From the IMG/VR virus record IMGVR_UViG_3300045971_000149, positions 1-64,000 of that record: a DNA stretch of 64,000 bases. One strand, given 5' to 3'. The stretch is from a virus. Positions 20,275 through 29,344 of this stretch are shown here, piece by piece (the first letter of the stretch is position 1; every line of letters begins with the position of its first letter). The notes under the pieces are model-generated. The model was not told the origin of the DNA, searched no databases, and saw nothing but the letters and a program-made list of their open reading frames with translations. Both the position numbers and the translations under genes were made by a program.

Positions 20275-20966
20275 AGTATCTTTGCTTCCTTACATATCTC
20301 TTTAACCATTATAGCATCTTCTTTCTGTTCTTTAAACTTACGCAGCCAAAATGTTAAGTCGAATACAGGAGAAATCATCTCCAATTGTTCATCGCTAAAC
20401 TTTGCAAGCATATCTGTGCCGCCTTTACAGTTTAACATTACCCAACAACTAATCTTACCATTCTTAATGTGATGCACTGCACGATTTAAGTTGACGTATA
20501 AGAAGTAATGGTTAAACTCAACCTTATTTTCGTCAGCCCATTCCATCATAGTTGTAATAGATCTCTGCACTGCTGACTCAACTGGCTCAATTTTTAGCAT
20601 CTCGTATAGATAGGTTTCGTATAGTGCGTCCTTACACCAGTGATCGAGTTTAACTCCACTCTTAATCACATAGTCAATAAATCTATCAGGATATAAAGGA
20701 TTAACATTATTAACAAAACTTCCAAACTTAACGAAGGCGTTGTAATAAGATGTTTTACAGAACTCATCATATGTTTTATCTTTTTTGGCATTTTGGGTAA
20801 GTCTAAAGAATCTGTTAAATGCGAAGAACCCTGCTTGCACTCGCTTTTCGCTTTGTTGTAGCGCCCTACGTTTTTGCTCGCACATGTGCGCTACAAGAGT
20901 CTTTTCTTTCATGAAACTCTTGTTGCAATGTACACAATTGTAAGGTTGTTCTTCTAAATTAATCAT
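20271..20966 (-). CDS. Conserved phage protein with N-terminal C2H2-like zinc finger
   Basis: CVHCNKSF...HMC. Confidence 0.65.
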   Translation of the reverse strand: MINLEEQPYNCVHCNKSFMKEKTLVAHMCEQKRRALQQSEKRVQAGFFAFNRFFRLTQNAKKDKTYDEFCKTSYYNAFVKFGSFVNNVNPLYPDRFIDYVIKSGVKLDHWCKDALYETYLYEMLKIEPVESAVQRSITTMMEWADENKVEFNHYFLYVNLNRAVHHIKNGKISCWVMLNCKGGTDMLAKFSDEQLEMISPVFDLTFWLRKFKEQKEDAIMVKEICKEAKIL

Positions 20967-21193
20967 GCACTCTTTGCGTTATCGTATTCTTTTACCATTC
21001 TATACAACGGATCTTGTTCCCATATGATAAGACGTTCTGGGAAATTCATTGCTTTTTTGCTACCATCGAGATATAAGTTGTCACCGTCAATTTTTGTTAC
21101 TTCACAAATATCAAGCATGGGACTCTTGCCAATCATTACTGCTCGAATAACCTTGCATCCAACATGAAATGAGAACCCTAATTTATCCTTCAT
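20963..21193 (-). CDS. Hypothetical protein
   Basis: ATGA-coupled small ORF. Confidence 0.6.
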   Translation of the reverse strand: MKDKLGFSFHVGCKVIRAVMIGKSPMLDICEVTKIDGDNLYLDGSKKAMNFPERLIIWEQDPLYRMVKEYDNAKSA

Positions 21194-21654
21194 TCGTAAT
21201 CCTTTCGTTGCTTCTTATCAAAGCCCATCTTATCGAATAGTTCTTCTTTATCTTTCTTGTCCATCATCTTTGCAAGCATTTTAATATCGGCCATCTTCAT
21301 AGCAGGATAGATGTCAGCTAACAATTTTTCAATCTTAACTGCCTTTTCTTTCGATCCTGCTTTAAGATATGGGTGATACAACTTGACACCTGCACCTGTA
21401 CCAGCAAATAGCTTCCACAGAAGTGCTTTATGATTCTTACTTAGTGTCCAATGATCTTTATTCACAAGTTCGTTAGTTCGTTCTACAAACCATTCTTGTG
21501 TTTCTCGATCGCCTTCAACATTTGCAACATACCGCATTAGGATATACGGGCTGAATACTTTTTGCTCTTCGGGAGTAAGTTTATCGTAGAAATCGTAGTT
21601 CCTGAGATCTACGCCTGCGAGTTCACGTTTGATGTCAAGTTGTGCAGTTGCCAT
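21190..21654 (-). CDS. Putative clamp-loader small subunit (gp62-like)
   Basis: FSPYILMRY resembles the gp62 motif; start moved to MATAQL. Confidence 0.45.
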   Translation of the reverse strand: MATAQLDIKRELAGVDLRNYDFYDKLTPEEQKVFSPYILMRYVANVEGDRETQEWFVERTNELVNKDHWTLSKNHKALLWKLFAGTGAGVKLYHPYLKAGSKEKAVKIEKLLADIYPAMKMADIKMLAKMMDKKDKEELFDKMGFDKKQRKDYE

Positions 21655-21935
21655 TATACTGGATGATGAGGTGGAACATATGACGCATGCTGCGTCGACA
21701 GGTGATATATCATTATACACTGTTCTAGTGCTTTTTGCAAGGTAATATTACTCTTTGATGCTCGACGAATATTGCCCCAAAGAGTATCTTCTTCTAACTC
21801 GTTCATTAGATACATTGCCTTTAAACTTTGTCCAACCATTACTCGCTTACTGCTACCTTCTTCTCTGGCAAAAATAGTTTCGCCTCCGTCAGGGCTTTCG
21901 TAAATGAGCGTGACACCTGGAGTAAGTGATCCCAT
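21654..21935 (-). CDS. Hypothetical protein
   Basis: IYESPDGGETIFARE; coupled to neighbours. Confidence 0.6.
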   Translation of the reverse strand: MGSLTPGVTLIYESPDGGETIFAREEGSSKRVMVGQSLKAMYLMNELEEDTLWGNIRRASKSNITLQKALEQCIMIYHLSTQHASYVPPHHPV

Positions 21936-21937
21936 TT

Positions 21938-22609
21938 TTATACTCCGTTATTTCTTACTAAGAAAATTCCAGATCCGTTATGCCAATCGCTAGGGAACCC
22001 CGGATTTTCGCCCGTTTCTATTTCTACTTTATATAGGATTTCTAGATTGGTTTTTGCAAAACCGTTGTATGTACCAGTTTTAACATGCGATACTTCTCCA
22101 CCGTGATCATTCCAATCATCGATAATGATTAGCGACACTGGATCTAATGCAGGTACTGCTCGTACAATTGCGTTAAAATGTTCTTCTTCCTCGTGCCCTG
22201 CGTCATACAAATATACATTAAACTTGCCATGCGCTGAGAAATCAAAGTTTTCGAATTTAAAGTCAATAACATTGATGTCAGTATTCAGTCCTTTAACAGA
22301 ATCAACATTTGCTCTACATTGAGCTAAACTGCTACCACCGTATGAAAAATCATCAACTGCTAATGCTTTGATGTTATCAATACCACCAACTGCTGCACAT
22401 AAGGTCGAACCAGTAAACGACCCTAATTCTAAATAGCGAGGATCACTGATCAATCGCATATAGTTGTTAATAAATCGGCGGTATTTCAAACCGCTCATAC
22501 CCGGAATAGTTAATGCAATTGGAGGGATGCTGCTTTCAAGCGTAAACGCATCGCGAATCAATTTAATATTTGGGTGATCTGAATAGAGAAATTCTGTAAT
22601 AGTTGTCAT
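21938..22609 (-). CDS. Class I SAM-dependent methyltransferase (Methyltransf_24-like)
   Basis: YLELGSFTGST, YDAGH, IIIDDW. Confidence 0.8.
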   Translation of the reverse strand: MTTITEFLYSDHPNIKLIRDAFTLESSIPPIALTIPGMSGLKYRRFINNYMRLISDPRYLELGSFTGSTLCAAVGGIDNIKALAVDDFSYGGSSLAQCRANVDSVKGLNTDINVIDFKFENFDFSAHGKFNVYLYDAGHEEEEHFNAIVRAVPALDPVSLIIIDDWNDHGGEVSHVKTGTYNGFAKTNLEILYKVEIETGENPGFPSDWHNGSGIFLVRNNGV

Positions 22610-22615
22610 ATAGTG

Positions 22616-23119
22616 TTACCAGCATTTAGTATAGTGAACGATTTCACTTTGGCGGCTAACTTCTTTAACAAAGTAAGCGCAGACGGGTTTATCTCCTGCA
22701 TGAAGTGGAGTGCAAAGTAGTTGTCCAGGTTTCATCTTTGGAAAATACCATTTAACGTCTTGATAAACATTAACGATATCGATATCAAAAAATTCAGGAC
22801 GAAAACTACTTAGTGGGTTAAACGTAAAGGTTCTAAAACCTCGATCATTTAAACTTGTTAATGGAAGAACTTCCATATCTGGACCTTCCGGATCTCCTAC
22901 AATACAACACCAATCCAAGGGCATTGGTACTTCGTAAGGTCCGATTTTAAGGACGGCGGCAGGTCCAGTGAATGATTCCAAAAAGATTAATGGCAGATAA
23001 AAGTAATCGGGATTTAAATTATCCGAATTATCCATTACTGCATACCTTAAGTCTTCATCGACTTCTTCAGGTAATTCATTTAGATAAAATGTTTTATTTT
23101 CTAGTGTTAATATTTGCAT
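22616..23119 (-). CDS. Conserved phage hypothetical protein
   Basis: 167-aa ORF coupled to uvsW. Confidence 0.65.
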   Translation of the reverse strand: MQILTLENKTFYLNELPEEVDEDLRYAVMDNSDNLNPDYFYLPLIFLESFTGPAAVLKIGPYEVPMPLDWCCIVGDPEGPDMEVLPLTSLNDRGFRTFTFNPLSSFRPEFFDIDIVNVYQDVKWYFPKMKPGQLLCTPLHAGDKPVCAYFVKEVSRQSEIVHYTKCW

Positions 23120-24576
23120 TATTGTTTTACTTTTTCTATAGTGAATGGATATTGAGCATCTTTATAGAATTTTTTACGTTCAGTTAAATGTCTCTTTGCG
23201 TATTTTGTATTTGCGGTAAAATCCCAGATGTTTACAAAATCTTTGTCTTTGGCTTTTCGGATGCCTCGTCCAATAGATTGAATAACTCTAACAAATGACT
23301 TTCCAGGTTCAAGTAATATAAGATTAAAAATACGGGGAATGTTAATACCAACAGCAGCAACACCATACGTCGCAATAGTAATAGTATTATCTGACGTAGC
23401 AATTTCGTCGTATTCATCCTTTCGATCAGTTGTCTTCATTGCACCAGATATGAACGCAACTTCGTCGCCGAAGTATTCTTTTAGCATCTTCCCGGTTTCG
23501 ATTCGGTCAACTAACACAAGTGCATTGCCGGTTTCTGCAATCTGCTTGATACGTTTTGCTAAGAACTCTACTCGATCTTTATCAGTAACAAGGTATTTGA
23601 GTTCTTCTGGATAACTTTTGAACTCTTTCCACTCCTGTGTTTGCACAATGTTAACATGACAAGTACTTAATACACCTTTCTGTTGTAGCTCGTATGCACT
23701 TACGCGACCTACTACATTACCGAGGCTGCATCGTATGCTTTCAAATTCAAGTGAATCCTTGGGAACAGTTCCGGTAAGTCCCCAACGGATCGGAGCATTA
23801 CGCAAGTTTTGTGTAAGTAGATTCTTCAATACTTCTGCTTTAGCTTGATGCACTTCGTCAATAATAACAGTGCTAACACCTTCAAGGAACTCTGCAAGTG
23901 TGATTAAATCAGCTTCACCATTCTTAGTTTTCTTATCAAGTACGTTCAGACTTTGCCAAGTGCAGATTGTGTGCGTCTTATCAAGATCCTTTCGATCACC
24001 GTAATAAACGCCAACATCTAACCCAACGTTAATAAAATCTTCTTCAGTTTGTTCAACTAGACTCTTGTTAGGAACTACAGTAATAGTACGTCCGTACTTC
24101 TCGCAAATCTTGCTAAGTGTTGCAGTCATGATAGTCTTGCCTGCACCTGTTGCAATTTCTTGCAATGCTTGTGGATTCTCTAAGAATACATTAACTGTGT
24201 CAACTTGGTCGTCCCGCAATCTAATAGGTTCGCCTTCAAATCGATGTCCCTTTGGCCAGCATTGATTCCCCCAAAAATCTTCTTTAATTTTTGAGAACTC
24301 TAACGGTACAGATGTGCGTTCGTCGTCGACTTCGATGTAATACCCTTCACTTTCAATAATTGGCAATACCTGATCTAGTAAACTAACATATGTGGTGCCG
24401 CCTAATCCAAAAAAGCCAACGCACCCATCCCACCTACCTAACCGATATGAGGGTTGATACTTTGCACTTTGTTGAAAATACTTAAACTTCTTAACTAACT
24501 TTTTACGAGTGTCAAGATCCAATCCATCGATCTTGACATTGACCTCGTCTTTAATTACAATTCTAGCTGTCGCCAT
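23119..24576 (-). CDS. uvsW: SF2 DNA helicase (UvsW-like)
   Basis: ATGAGKT, IIDEVH, GLTGT, QSIGRGIR. Confidence 0.9.
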   Translation of the reverse strand: MATARIVIKDEVNVKIDGLDLDTRKKLVKKFKYFQQSAKYQPSYRLGRWDGCVGFFGLGGTTYVSLLDQVLPIIESEGYYIEVDDERTSVPLEFSKIKEDFWGNQCWPKGHRFEGEPIRLRDDQVDTVNVFLENPQALQEIATGAGKTIMTATLSKICEKYGRTITVVPNKSLVEQTEEDFINVGLDVGVYYGDRKDLDKTHTICTWQSLNVLDKKTKNGEADLITLAEFLEGVSTVIIDEVHQAKAEVLKNLLTQNLRNAPIRWGLTGTVPKDSLEFESIRCSLGNVVGRVSAYELQQKGVLSTCHVNIVQTQEWKEFKSYPEELKYLVTDKDRVEFLAKRIKQIAETGNALVLVDRIETGKMLKEYFGDEVAFISGAMKTTDRKDEYDEIATSDNTITIATYGVAAVGINIPRIFNLILLEPGKSFVRVIQSIGRGIRKAKDKDFVNIWDFTANTKYAKRHLTERKKFYKDAQYPFTIEKVKQ

Positions 24577-25778
24577 CTGGTGTTCCTTGCTGGTTCTTTC
24601 ATACTATAATACACTAAATTAGTTGCATTATCAACCACTGTATTCATCGTAGAATGAACATAATTGTAATAACCTAAATTAATTACTGTGGTAAATTTTA
24701 CTCCGGACTTAACTAACGGCTTTGTGATCTTGGTACTAACAAACGCAAGTTGAGTGTTTTCTGTGACTGGATTATTTAAACTTGCATCTTTTACAAACAT
24801 ATTAAATTCTGCTTTATCACTGGGCAATCTAAACATAACACTGATCTGCTCAACATCTATACCCAGTGATATTGCGAATGTAACCCATTGCTGCAAAAGT
24901 GGAAGTTCGTTTCCCCCAGGTACAATTACAATTGCAGGCCCGCCGTATTTTAATAAATCTGAAAACTCGTTAATAGGAACAGCGGCATCATCTATCCACA
25001 ACGGTTTTGTTCTTGTTGTGTGTGCTATGATTCGCTTAGTTACTTTAGATATCCCGGCAATTTCCATTAATGCACTAATAGTGTCATCCCATGTTTCGAT
25101 ACCGTAGCTTTTTGCGTGAAATAGTACTTCTGCTAATTCGTCAGATTTTGGTTGAGGAATATTCTTATGTGCATTTATAATTGCAAACTTATCGTCAACC
25201 CAAGATACCATTGGTAAATATTTCTCAGCTGATGCAACAATTTCAGTAACAGAACTATACAGCTCTGCAAACTCTTCAGTTACTGTAAATCCGCGTGGAA
25301 TTAATATATCCCCGATGTACGCAATATTACGTTCGGTTAAACCGTAAATCCACAGCTTCTGTTCAGTGCTCCATTGGCCTCGATGAATTTCATGTAAGTC
25401 ACTATTACGCTTCTTAAGTAAATCGATGATATCTTGATCATACGGAAATTCAACAAAGATTTTCTTTCGGGACTCGTGCTGTTCGATACGAATGCTTTTT
25501 ACTTTAGGTAATACTCTAAAGGGTTTCTTCCACTTCGGATTTTCTAATACGTCGTTGATGTTAGGAACAACCGGACGAATCTTATCTTTGTTTGCAGTTA
25601 ATGTTCTTAATGCAAAGTATGCTTGCTTTTCTGTAAGAGCATGACCGTGTGTTAACTGAACACCAATACTCTCAATTATAGTACGATCGGGCCCTGACCA
25701 ATCTATTGTCTGAACAGTCGTACCGGTATACACTAGGACAACATCTGCTACTAGTTCTATTAAATCTTCGATAAACAT
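24555..25778 (-). CDS. Hypothetical protein
   Basis: 407-aa ORF in the recombination cluster. Confidence 0.65.
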   Translation of the reverse strand: MFIEDLIELVADVVLVYTGTTVQTIDWSGPDRTIIESIGVQLTHGHALTEKQAYFALRTLTANKDKIRPVVPNINDVLENPKWKKPFRVLPKVKSIRIEQHESRKKIFVEFPYDQDIIDLLKKRNSDLHEIHRGQWSTEQKLWIYGLTERNIAYIGDILIPRGFTVTEEFAELYSSVTEIVASAEKYLPMVSWVDDKFAIINAHKNIPQPKSDELAEVLFHAKSYGIETWDDTISALMEIAGISKVTKRIIAHTTRTKPLWIDDAAVPINEFSDLLKYGGPAIVIVPGGNELPLLQQWVTFAISLGIDVEQISVMFRLPSDKAEFNMFVKDASLNNPVTENTQLAFVSTKITKPLVKSGVKFTTVINLGYYNYVHSTMNTVVDNATNLVYYSMKEPARNTRWRQLEL

Positions 25779-25783
25779 GAGTA

Positions 25784-26239
25784 TTAGATATGTACATCTT
25801 CCATGCCGGCAGTTCGCAATTTAATGATATTACTCATCTGCCATTGTTTAATATCCAACGCCTTGATAATTCCAAGCCATTGGTTCCTTAGTAAAGCAAA
25901 TTCGTTGATGATCTTTTCTAAGTCAACAACATCAGCTTCACCGTCAACATACTTTTCACAATCTCTCGAACTGAGAGCACGTTGATAGTTTTCTAGATAT
26001 TTCTTGAATGCTTTTGAGCGTGTTCTTCTAAGCTCAATATTAAGATATTCTAACACAGCTTCAATTTCTTGAAGCTGGTTAAAACGCTGTTCAACAATGC
26101 CGGGTAAAAGAGAAGAAGCTTTTTCTAAGTTTCCAAATACTTTGACTTCTTTTCTAGCATCATCTAATTGGACGTAGAAGTACTCAATACAGTCAGGCAA
26201 ATGACTAATGTCTCTACTGACTTTTGAGTACCAGCTCAT
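25784..26239 (-). CDS. uvsY: Recombination mediator (UvsY-like)
   Basis: YVDGEADV...IKALDIKQWQMSNIIKLR..G; lies between uvsX and uvsW. Confidence 0.7.
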   Translation of the reverse strand: MSWYSKVSRDISHLPDCIEYFYVQLDDARKEVKVFGNLEKASSLLPGIVEQRFNQLQEIEAVLEYLNIELRRTRSKAFKKYLENYQRALSSRDCEKYVDGEADVVDLEKIINEFALLRNQWLGIIKALDIKQWQMSNIIKLRTAGMEDVHI

Positions 26240-26476
26240 TTAATCCTCGTCTTCGTTGTAATCGTCTTCTTCGTCTTCGAAATCTTCATCGGCAACAGCT
26301 TTGATTGCATCATCAAGATGCGGATCATACCCTGTAAACGACTGTAGGTCGTCGATACTAATATCATTGCCTAGCAAAAAATCAACGTATTGATTTGCTG
26401 CCATTTCGCGATTCTTTTCGGGAATATATTCACGGAACATATCCCATACTGTCATAATTAAACTCTCGTCCATCAT
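26240..26476 (-). CDS. Small acidic hypothetical protein
   Basis: Coupled to uvsX. Confidence 0.6.
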   Translation of the reverse strand: MMDESLIMTVWDMFREYIPEKNREMAANQYVDFLLGNDISIDDLQSFTGYDPHLDDAIKAVADEDFEDEEDDYNEDED

Positions 26477-27528
26477 GGCTCCTCAGGTTCTTCTACGGAA
26501 GTTGTCGATTGAACCGACTTTTCATCCCATTGTTTCATAATTAACTGTAACTTTTCTTCAGTCCAATTCTTACGAAACTCTGCAATAATCTCTCCAGTGT
26601 CCTTATCAGTATAAGCAAGTTTGTTGCCTACCTTAGATAATACACTCATCTTTTCAAACATGTCAACTAACCCAGATGTAGGCGCCATTCCTGTTGAATA
26701 TGGGATTTGAATCTGTACACTTTCAAATGGCTTTGCGTAACGTGTTTTCATAATCTTGCAAGCTGCACGAATACCTAAAACATCAGTCACTTTGTTTCCA
26801 TCTTCATCCAACTTTAGTTTTAACTTTTTCATTGCAACTACAATTGAACTTGCATAAACAAATCCTTGGCCACCGCTAATCTTATCATCTGGATCAAACA
26901 TATCCTGACTTGCATATGTGTGATTAGTACATACCAATCCTACATTATAACTTCCAAACATATTTACACAGTTGCGAACTAGCGAAGTTAGTGCTTTGGG
27001 CTTACGGCCCATATCACCCTTCATTTCGCCTGCTTCGAATTGATTTACATCAGTCGGAGTAAGCAACATCCCCAATGAGTCAACTACAAATAATACCTTT
27101 GGACGTTCGTCCTGCGGCATAGTTTTGTATTCTTTCATGAATTCTGATATTGTTTTTGCAACATCGTCAATCATTGCCATGTTCAACTTCAACAGTTTTT
27201 CAGCTGAAGTATCAACGCCAAGATCAATTAGCCACTTTTCGTCAAGTGCATTTTCGCTATCAACTAAGACAACAAAAATTCCCTGTTCTTGTGCATGTCT
27301 GATAATGTTACCTGAACAAATATAAGACTTGCCCGCACCAGACTCTCCAGCAAACACTGTTACCTTACCAAGAGGAACTCCCCTAAAGAAGTCCCCCGAG
27401 ATAAGATAATTTAGTGCGTAGTTGCCAGTTGAGATCCAGTCAGTAGGATCGTTAAAGCCGATTCCTAATCCATCAATTGATTTAGTAATACTTTTTCTAA
27501 ACTTACTTATATCAAATGCTTTACCCAT
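26473..27528 (-). CDS. uvsX: RecA-like recombinase (UvsX)
   Basis: GESGAGKS, DSENAL, VVDSLG, NHTY, SGG. Confidence 0.93.
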   Translation of the reverse strand: MGKAFDISKFRKSITKSIDGLGIGFNDPTDWISTGNYALNYLISGDFFRGVPLGKVTVFAGESGAGKSYICSGNIIRHAQEQGIFVVLVDSENALDEKWLIDLGVDTSAEKLLKLNMAMIDDVAKTISEFMKEYKTMPQDERPKVLFVVDSLGMLLTPTDVNQFEAGEMKGDMGRKPKALTSLVRNCVNMFGSYNVGLVCTNHTYASQDMFDPDDKISGGQGFVYASSIVVAMKKLKLKLDEDGNKVTDVLGIRAACKIMKTRYAKPFESVQIQIPYSTGMAPTSGLVDMFEKMSVLSKVGNKLAYTDKDTGEIIAEFRKNWTEEKLQLIMKQWDEKSVQSTTSVEEPEEP

Positions 27529-28207
27529 GATATTCCTTTTTTAATTTACAATTTTCCCCGTGCCATCTGGTATAGTTCGACTTTGATATATCAACTATTC
27601 CGCAATATTCACAGGATTTTCTATTTTCTAAATTGTTCACCCAATGATTAATCCCTTTGAACTTAGCTGCAATCTCTGGTCTGCGCATTGGATTATTATC
27701 GCCCTCTTGATAAGGTCGTTTAATGCCAGTTAACGCCACGCTAATTTTTTCTGCGTTCTTAGGATTTTTGTTAGGATGATTGTCTCCGCGAATAGAATTT
27801 CTTATCTGTCCTTTTTGAGGATGGTCTTTACCCTGTAAATTATGTGTCCAGTGCTTGTCTCCTCGATGTTTATCAGCCATTCTTTTTGCAATAATTGGAT
27901 TTTTCATCGGATTTAACTCGCCCGGGCTAGGTCGCAAATCCCCATTGTGCATGTTATAACTCATTGGGTTATTGCGAACATCCATAGCAGTTAAGTAGTT
28001 TGTTTCGAGCTCAACAATGTAATCAGGTGTCCCTATGACTAACACTTCTCGGACCCAATCTGATTTATTAGATAATATCATTGGCTTAACTACAGAACTA
28101 GAACAAATATATCCATCATCAGGATAGCAACCTTTTGCAGTCCTGGACCCAACATACCATTTTTGTGTGCTATGTTGAGTCCATTTATACAGATATGCTA
28201 AAGTCAC
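27521..28207 (-). CDS. GIY-YIG (Seg-like) homing endonuclease
   Basis: YLYKW...WYVGSR; repeated NPMK/HPxKG DNA-binding modules; C-terminal CEYC...RWHGENCK; inserted between ssb and uvsX. Confidence 0.8.
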   Translation of the reverse strand: MTLAYLYKWTQHSTQKWYVGSRTAKGCYPDDGYICSSSVVKPMILSNKSDWVREVLVIGTPDYIVELETNYLTAMDVRNNPMSYNMHNGDLRPSPGELNPMKNPIIAKRMADKHRGDKHWTHNLQGKDHPQKGQIRNSIRGDNHPNKNPKNAEKISVALTGIKRPYQEGDNNPMRRPEIAAKFKGINHWVNNLENRKSCEYCGIVDISKSNYTRWHGENCKLKKEYHG

Positions 28208-29208
28208 CCTTCTTTCTTTTGACGGTTTTTAATCATTTGTAGAATATCTTTTGCGCGATCGCTTGCTTCTGATCCGGCTGCTTTTGGAGCATCTTCAGCT
28301 ACTGGTGCTGCAAAAGATTTTTCAGCTTCTGCTACATCATCTTCGTCAATTGCATGCGCTGCTGGCTTTGCTGCTGGCTTTGCTGCTGACGGAGTTGCTG
28401 AACCTGTCGACTGTCCACTACCACCCATACCAGCTGGCTTAAAGTATGCGCCCCAACGATCCATGTCAAATGCTTCACCGTCCACCGACGCTTCAAACAT
28501 TTCTTTCATGATCTTGAGTTCAACTTCGCCTGGCTTCTTAGGTAGGAAGCTCTTCAAATCAAACAAACCATATTGTTCGATAGCTGCTTTTTCAGCATCG
28601 CCTAATGCACGTTCACGACGCGCCCAGCTTGATGTAGAATAGTCAGCATATCCGCCCTTGCTGGTCTTAGTAATCTTGAAGTCAAGCCCACGAACATAAT
28701 CCGTTGGTAGTTCTTCAATCTCGCTATCCATCAATGCGTTCTTAACCAGATTAAAAATCTGACTGCCGATAATGAATCGACGAATTGGATTTTCTGGTGT
28801 CTTATCCTCAGGCATTTTACTGTCTGTTACAAACCCTTGGAACAAGTAACTGCGCTTCTTCCAGTACTTACGTCCCAACTCTTCGAGTGACTTATCCTTA
28901 AACCAAGGACGCACCTCGGTAAGAATTGGACAAGTCTCGCCCCACATTTCCATGCAAGGTACTTGAACTGTTACGGGTTTGGAATTTGCTTCACCCTTAA
29001 CTCCTGCGAATGGCAATTTAATCATTGCGCGTTCAATCCAGAAGAAGGTGTTTGCTGGGTCTGCATCAGGCAGGAAACGAATTGTAGTCGTTGTACCTTC
29101 TGCTGCGTTCCAGTGTGCGAAAATCGCGTTGTCTCCACCAGCTTGACCGCCAGTGTTTTGTTGACTTGATGCCTGTAGTTTTGCTCTAATTTCTGCCAAA
29201 GATGCCAT
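28204..29208 (-). CDS. Single-stranded DNA-binding protein (gp32-like)
   Basis: IRFLPD, PC...CPI, FKITKTSKGGYADYSTS; Ala/acidic tail. Confidence 0.88.
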   Translation of the reverse strand: MASLAEIRAKLQASSQQNTGGQAGGDNAIFAHWNAAEGTTTTIRFLPDADPANTFFWIERAMIKLPFAGVKGEANSKPVTVQVPCMEMWGETCPILTEVRPWFKDKSLEELGRKYWKKRSYLFQGFVTDSKMPEDKTPENPIRRFIIGSQIFNLVKNALMDSEIEELPTDYVRGLDFKITKTSKGGYADYSTSSWARRERALGDAEKAAIEQYGLFDLKSFLPKKPGEVELKIMKEMFEASVDGEAFDMDRWGAYFKPAGMGGSGQSTGSATPSAAKPAAKPAAHAIDEDDVAEAEKSFAAPVAEDAPKAAGSEASDRAKDILQMIKNRQKKEG

Positions 29209-29271
29209 GTTAATACTCCTTAAAAAATGTGCCTTTGTGTTTGCCTCTTTTCTCTATGCAACTACATAAAG

Positions 29272-29307
29272 AAAAAACTTAGCATACGTTATATTGTATG
29301 CTAAGTT
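29272..29307 (-). terminator. Intrinsic terminator-like hairpin
   Basis: AACTTAGCATAC-8nt-GTATGCTAAGTT followed by a T-run on the minus strand. Confidence 0.6.
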
Positions 29308-29344
29308 ATTTATCTTCGCAAGCCTATTCGGCGTTTATTTTAGG

